Part shown: piece by piece, positions 46,863 through 49,268 of the stretch | How positions within the stretch are numbered: position 1 is the stretch's first letter | Layout of the letters: the number at the start of each line of letters is the position of its first letter | DNA from: a virus | Taxonomy: Duplodnaviria > Caudoviricetes | Reading direction: 5' to 3' (one strand) | IMG/VR virus record: IMGVR_UViG_3300011415_000006 | Span: 1-49,268 of that record | Length of the DNA stretch: 49,268 nt | The notes under the pieces: model-generated | Told to the model about the DNA's origin: nothing | The model's input: the letters and a program-made list of their open reading frames with translations, nothing else | Database searches by the model: none | Program-made: the position numbers and the translations under genes

Positions 46863-47645
46863 CTATGAGCTCTTTTCCTCTTCGTCGTCACCTTCTTCAA
46901 CAATTTCAGCGTCAACGTACTGAATAGGTGCAAATTGCTCCCGAACATCTTTGTTAACGAAGGTAAACTCAACCACAGTTTTGCCTTGTTTGCGGTCTTG
47001 TTCGGTTTCTTCGGCCAATTCCTTCGCCAAAGGGTCTTTATAACCCACCGTACCCAATTCAGCGATATTATAGCCACCCCTTTGACGACCGGCATACATT
47101 TTATTGAATACCATTTTGATGATTTCGGGGTCGTCATTTATCAAACCCTCGATAATCTTCTTATCGGTAAGCCCTTTAACGCCTTCGTGGGCAACTTCAA
47201 AATAAACTTGCAGTTCAGGGTTGTTTACGACTAACCACCGGAGCCGACTAGGGCTCATTTTGAGCCGTTCTGCGGCAAGGTCTATCGAGCAGTACGATCG
47301 AATCAATTGAAGCCCGATATTATGAACATCCTCTGCCGGAATGTTATCACCTAGAAGGACGTGAGAATCACCCAAGCCCTTCATTATCCGATTCATTATC
47401 TGTTCCTTCGGAATCTTCGAGTCTTTGACCTTTTGATTGGCGACCGAATTTCGTATACCATTCGCTTGGTCTAGCACTTCGCTGAAAGAATCTGTCAACG
47501 ATGTCTGCAATAACTTCGATTGATTGCTCATACCCTGGTCGAGCTCGTCTCGTAGCGTCACAGGGCTTCTTCCGGCAATGCCACCACGCTCGGTCACAAA
47601 ACCGGCACCGGCGGATTTTATTCTCTGGCCTAGCTTCGATCTCAT
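46863..47645 (-). CDS. terS: Terminase small subunit
   Basis: HTH SIDLAAERLKMSPSRLRWLVVNNPEL...DPEIIKMVF...RQRGGY; directly upstream of terL; start uncertain. Confidence 0.7.
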   Translation of the reverse strand: MRSKLGQRIKSAGAGFVTERGGIAGRSPVTLRDELDQGMSNQSKLLQTSLTDSFSEVLDQANGIRNSVANQKVKDSKIPKEQIMNRIMKGLGDSHVLLGDNIPAEDVHNIGLQLIRSYCSIDLAAERLKMSPSRLRWLVVNNPELQVYFEVAHEGVKGLTDKKIIEGLINDDPEIIKMVFNKMYAGRQRGGYNIAELGTVGYKDPLAKELAEETEQDRKQGKTVVEFTFVNKDVREQFAPIQYVDAEIVEEGDDEEEKSS

Positions 47646-47979
47646 TTCGTAACCTCTCTACCTCTTGTTTTGTAATGTAGTATTTTTTTCCGTGATTAAA
47701 GACACTAGGATGGGACGAATAAATCGTAGGATTAATAACAACCAATAGCTCTGAACGATAGATTCTGTTGTACTCTAATTCTTTGTGAAGATTGTGTCGC
47801 GACCAACGATGGCTTATCATTTTAGCGGCTTCGTCAAAGCTAACGTAATCGAAAAGCCTCTCTGAAAGGAAGTCGGGGTCAGTAATCTCCTGCCCGTAAG
47901 CATCCGTAATCTTACATTCCGAGAGCTCCGCTTCTACCGAGAGTAAGCCAGCCCTCCTAGTTTTACGAAGATTTTCCAT
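47368..47979 (-). CDS. Hypothetical DNA-binding protein (MerR/excisionase-like HTH, Cys cluster)
   Basis: VSFDEAAKMI...KYYITKQEVERL; CRFC...C....C. Confidence 0.55.
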   Translation of the reverse strand: MENLRKTRRAGLLSVEAELSECKITDAYGQEITDPDFLSERLFDYVSFDEAAKMISHRWSRHNLHKELEYNRIYRSELLVVINPTIYSSHPSVFNHGKKYYITKQEVERLRNEIEARPENKIRRCRFCDRAWWHCRKKPCDATRRARPGYEQSIEVIADIVDRFFQRSARPSEWYTKFGRQSKGQRLEDSEGTDNESDNEGLG

Positions 47980-47983
47980 AATC

Positions 47984-48014
47984 AAAAAAGGGGAGCAGGG
48001 TTTGCCCTGCTCCC
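47984..48014 (-). terminator. Intrinsic terminator
   Basis: Minus strand GGGAGCAGGG-CAAA-CCCTGCTCCC-CTTTTTT. Confidence 0.8.
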
Positions 48015-48035
48015 AGATCAAGAATTTGACGACGA

Positions 48036-48203
48036 TTATTCGTCGTCGTCGTCGGCCGAACCTCGTCGCTTATCCCTGCCGGCCACCTTCTCGGCTTCCC
48101 GTCTTGCATCTTTCTTATCAGGTGTCTCCGGCGGGGCCGGCGTGGTTTCCGTTTCCGTGGTTGTTTGAGTCTGTTCGGTCGTCGTGTCTTTTTCCTGTTG
48201 CAT
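48036..48203 (-). CDS. 55-aa disordered charged protein (not in ORF track)
   Basis: RBS AAGGAAGG; MQQEKDTTTEQTQTTTETETTPAPPETPDKKDARREAEKVAGRDKRRGSADDDDE; followed by a terminator. Confidence 0.6.
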   Translation of the reverse strand: MQQEKDTTTEQTQTTTETETTPAPPETPDKKDARREAEKVAGRDKRRGSADDDDE

Positions 48204-48391
48204 ATTTTACCTTCCTTGTATTAATCTATTTTCTCGTGCACTCATCTTGTAATCTTGCTACGTCGTTCCCGTGGCCGGAACCGCAAAGCTATCCGGCCAC
48301 GGGATAGCGGATAGGGGAAGGAGGATTTATGGCTCAGCTGTCTGCCCCTAGCCGCGTTGCTCCCTAGTTAGGGTAGGGAGCAATTTGAGCT

Positions 48392-48826
48392 CTATTGGAG
48401 TATGTGAACTAGGAGGTTCACATCGCCGACGAGGTCTACCTGGGTGCCTGCGGCTGAGTACGTATTAACGCCGATTGTGTCGTCTGTGAGGCGACTGGCT
48501 CTTGCACTCATCGCCGTAGCTCCGATCGTTATTTGTGCTGAAACTGTGAAGCACTTACCGGCTGGAAAGGCTCCGACTAATGTACCTACGTAGGCCCCTG
48601 GGCCGGTGCGAGTCCAGACGACGGGAGCACCTAGCCCGTTGCTTTTAACTGAGGCCGTGGGGGCGGTTGCACCCGACTGCGTAAGCACGGCCATATACAC
48701 CTTCGAGGGAAAAGCAGATGAATAAATCTTCTGGCCGTTCCAGTCGATGTAATTGCCGTTGGCATCATTCTTGAGGGATAAACGATTGTTAACACCGGTG
48801 TCCGTTTGAACTAACCTTCTAGCCAT
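48392..48826 (-). CDS. Hypothetical virion-like beta-rich protein
   Basis: KVYMAVLTQSGATAPTA...WTRTGPGAY; own promoter; stop supplied by the palindrome. Confidence 0.75.
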   Translation of the reverse strand: MARRLVQTDTGVNNRLSLKNDANGNYIDWNGQKIYSSAFPSKVYMAVLTQSGATAPTASVKSNGLGAPVVWTRTGPGAYVGTLVGAFPAGKCFTVSAQITIGATAMSARASRLTDDTIGVNTYSAAGTQVDLVGDVNLLVHILQ

Positions 48827-48865
48827 TTCATTCTCCGTCTTGTTTGGATTTGGGATTTGAAAGCT

Positions 48866-48894
48866 ATCTTACCACAGCTTTTTCTTTTTGTCAA
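48866..48894 (-). promoter_or_regulatory. sigma70 promoter
   Basis: TTGACA-17-TAAGAT with TG extension. Confidence 0.7.
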
Positions 48895-48905
48895 GAAGCC
48901 CGAAT

Positions 48906-48941
48906 AAAAAAGGGGTAGAGCTCATTACGAACCCTACCCCT
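48906..48941 (-). terminator. Intrinsic terminator formed from a palindrome copy
   Basis: Minus strand AGGGGTAGGGTTCG-TAA-TGAGCTCTACCCCT-TTTTT. Confidence 0.75.
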
Positions 48942-49250
48942 CTCCTGTCTCCATCTCAATCACGGACTCGCCCCCTTGAAACTGACGGAGGCTTCGTGGA
49001 TTCCGGCATACTAAACCTGCGACCGTACAATCGCAGGGTTCCGCAAAGCCTCCATATAACCACTCCTTTCCCCTTATCCACTTCTTCCGCTGATACAGCT
49101 CATTGTGAGCCCTACCCGCAAACGAACCTGTCCCCTTTTATATTTGCTAGGGCAAGAAGAATCGCTTCCGAAGAAGCTCCCCTGAAGTTTAACTTCCCGT
49201 CCTCCCAAGACTTCTTGCCCCCTTAACTGCTCTTCCTAACCACATATTAA
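48906..49250 (-). ncRNA. Candidate ~345-nt structured ncRNA
   Basis: Bounded by the promoter at 112-140 (across the junction) and the terminator at 48906-48941; multi-stem structure; no long ORF on this strand. Confidence 0.55.
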
Positions 49251-49268
49251 GATCATATTATATCACAC
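49146..49268. repeat. Terminal direct repeat, right copy
   Basis: Identical to 1-123; indicates a complete circular or circularly permuted genome. Confidence 0.95.

Larger units (their letters stand above)
145..49114. repeat. Dispersed 21-bp palindrome TAGGGCTCA-N3-TGAGCCCTA, ~54 copies
   Basis: Copies read by eye starting at 145, 455, 1060, 2979, 3205, 3525, 3912, 4370, 5105, 6032, 6683, 7579, 7997, 8838, 9098, 9780, 10384, 10569, 11208, 11559, 12586, 13727, 14988, 15912, 17101, 17910, 18826, 20324, 20918, 21766, 23525, 24895, 26837, 28116, 29313, 30546, 32034, 33134, 34050, 35168, 36485, 37223, 39053, 39816, 41376, 43048, 43772, 44697, 45498, 46854, 47249, 48374, 48916, 49094. Confidence 0.95.

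Noticed and set aside
145-49114. Palindrome series as a CRISPR or TIGR-type array
   Set aside because: Copies are hundreds to thousands of bp apart and separated by genes, not by constant-length spacers; no cas- or tas-like gene is recognised.
48888-49226. 112-aa plus-strand ORF
   Set aside because: Non-ATG start, no RBS, Pro/Ser-rich; promoter and terminator signals point to minus-strand transcription.
1-49268. Stop-codon reassignment
   Set aside because: Standard-code ORFs tile the genome densely, and TAG, TGA and TAA all end well-defined genes.
1-49268. tRNA or tmRNA genes
   Set aside because: No cloverleaf with a T-loop GTTCRA and acceptor stem seen in the intergenic regions; tRNAscan-SE/ARAGORN would be needed to confirm.

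Overview
The window is an apparently complete ~49.1 kb tailed-phage genome with siphovirus-type organisation. Bases 1-123 repeat exactly at 49146-49268, so it closes into a circle. The + strand arm (~3.5-18.8 kb) carries many small hypothetical genes, two IS3-OrfA-like HTH proteins, an XRE regulator, a DUF559/Vsr-like nuclease, SSB, a nucleotidyltransferase, an ERF annealase and a degenerate GH25 lysozyme. The - strand arm (~48.8-18.8 kb) carries TerS, TerL, portal, protease, HK97-type capsid, neck, tail tube, decoration proteins, tail chaperones with a likely frameshift, tape measure, an Ig-domain tail protein, a beta-helix tailspike and a tail tip. A separate 590-aa winged-HTH gene lies at 1.1-2.9 kb. 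I recognise no integrase, DNA polymerase, helicase, primase or tRNA. The most striking feature is a 21-bp palindrome, TAGGGCTCA-N3-TGAGCCCTA, with about 54 copies found by eye, roughly every 0.9 kb and never more than ~2 kb apart. It sits at gene junctions, where it often supplies the stop codon, and is also written into coding sequences. This suggests a genome-wide protein-binding system. Several structured ncRNA candidates, some bounded by a promoter and terminator, and an origin-like element beside ssb are also present. All product calls come from motif recognition by eye; no database search was run.
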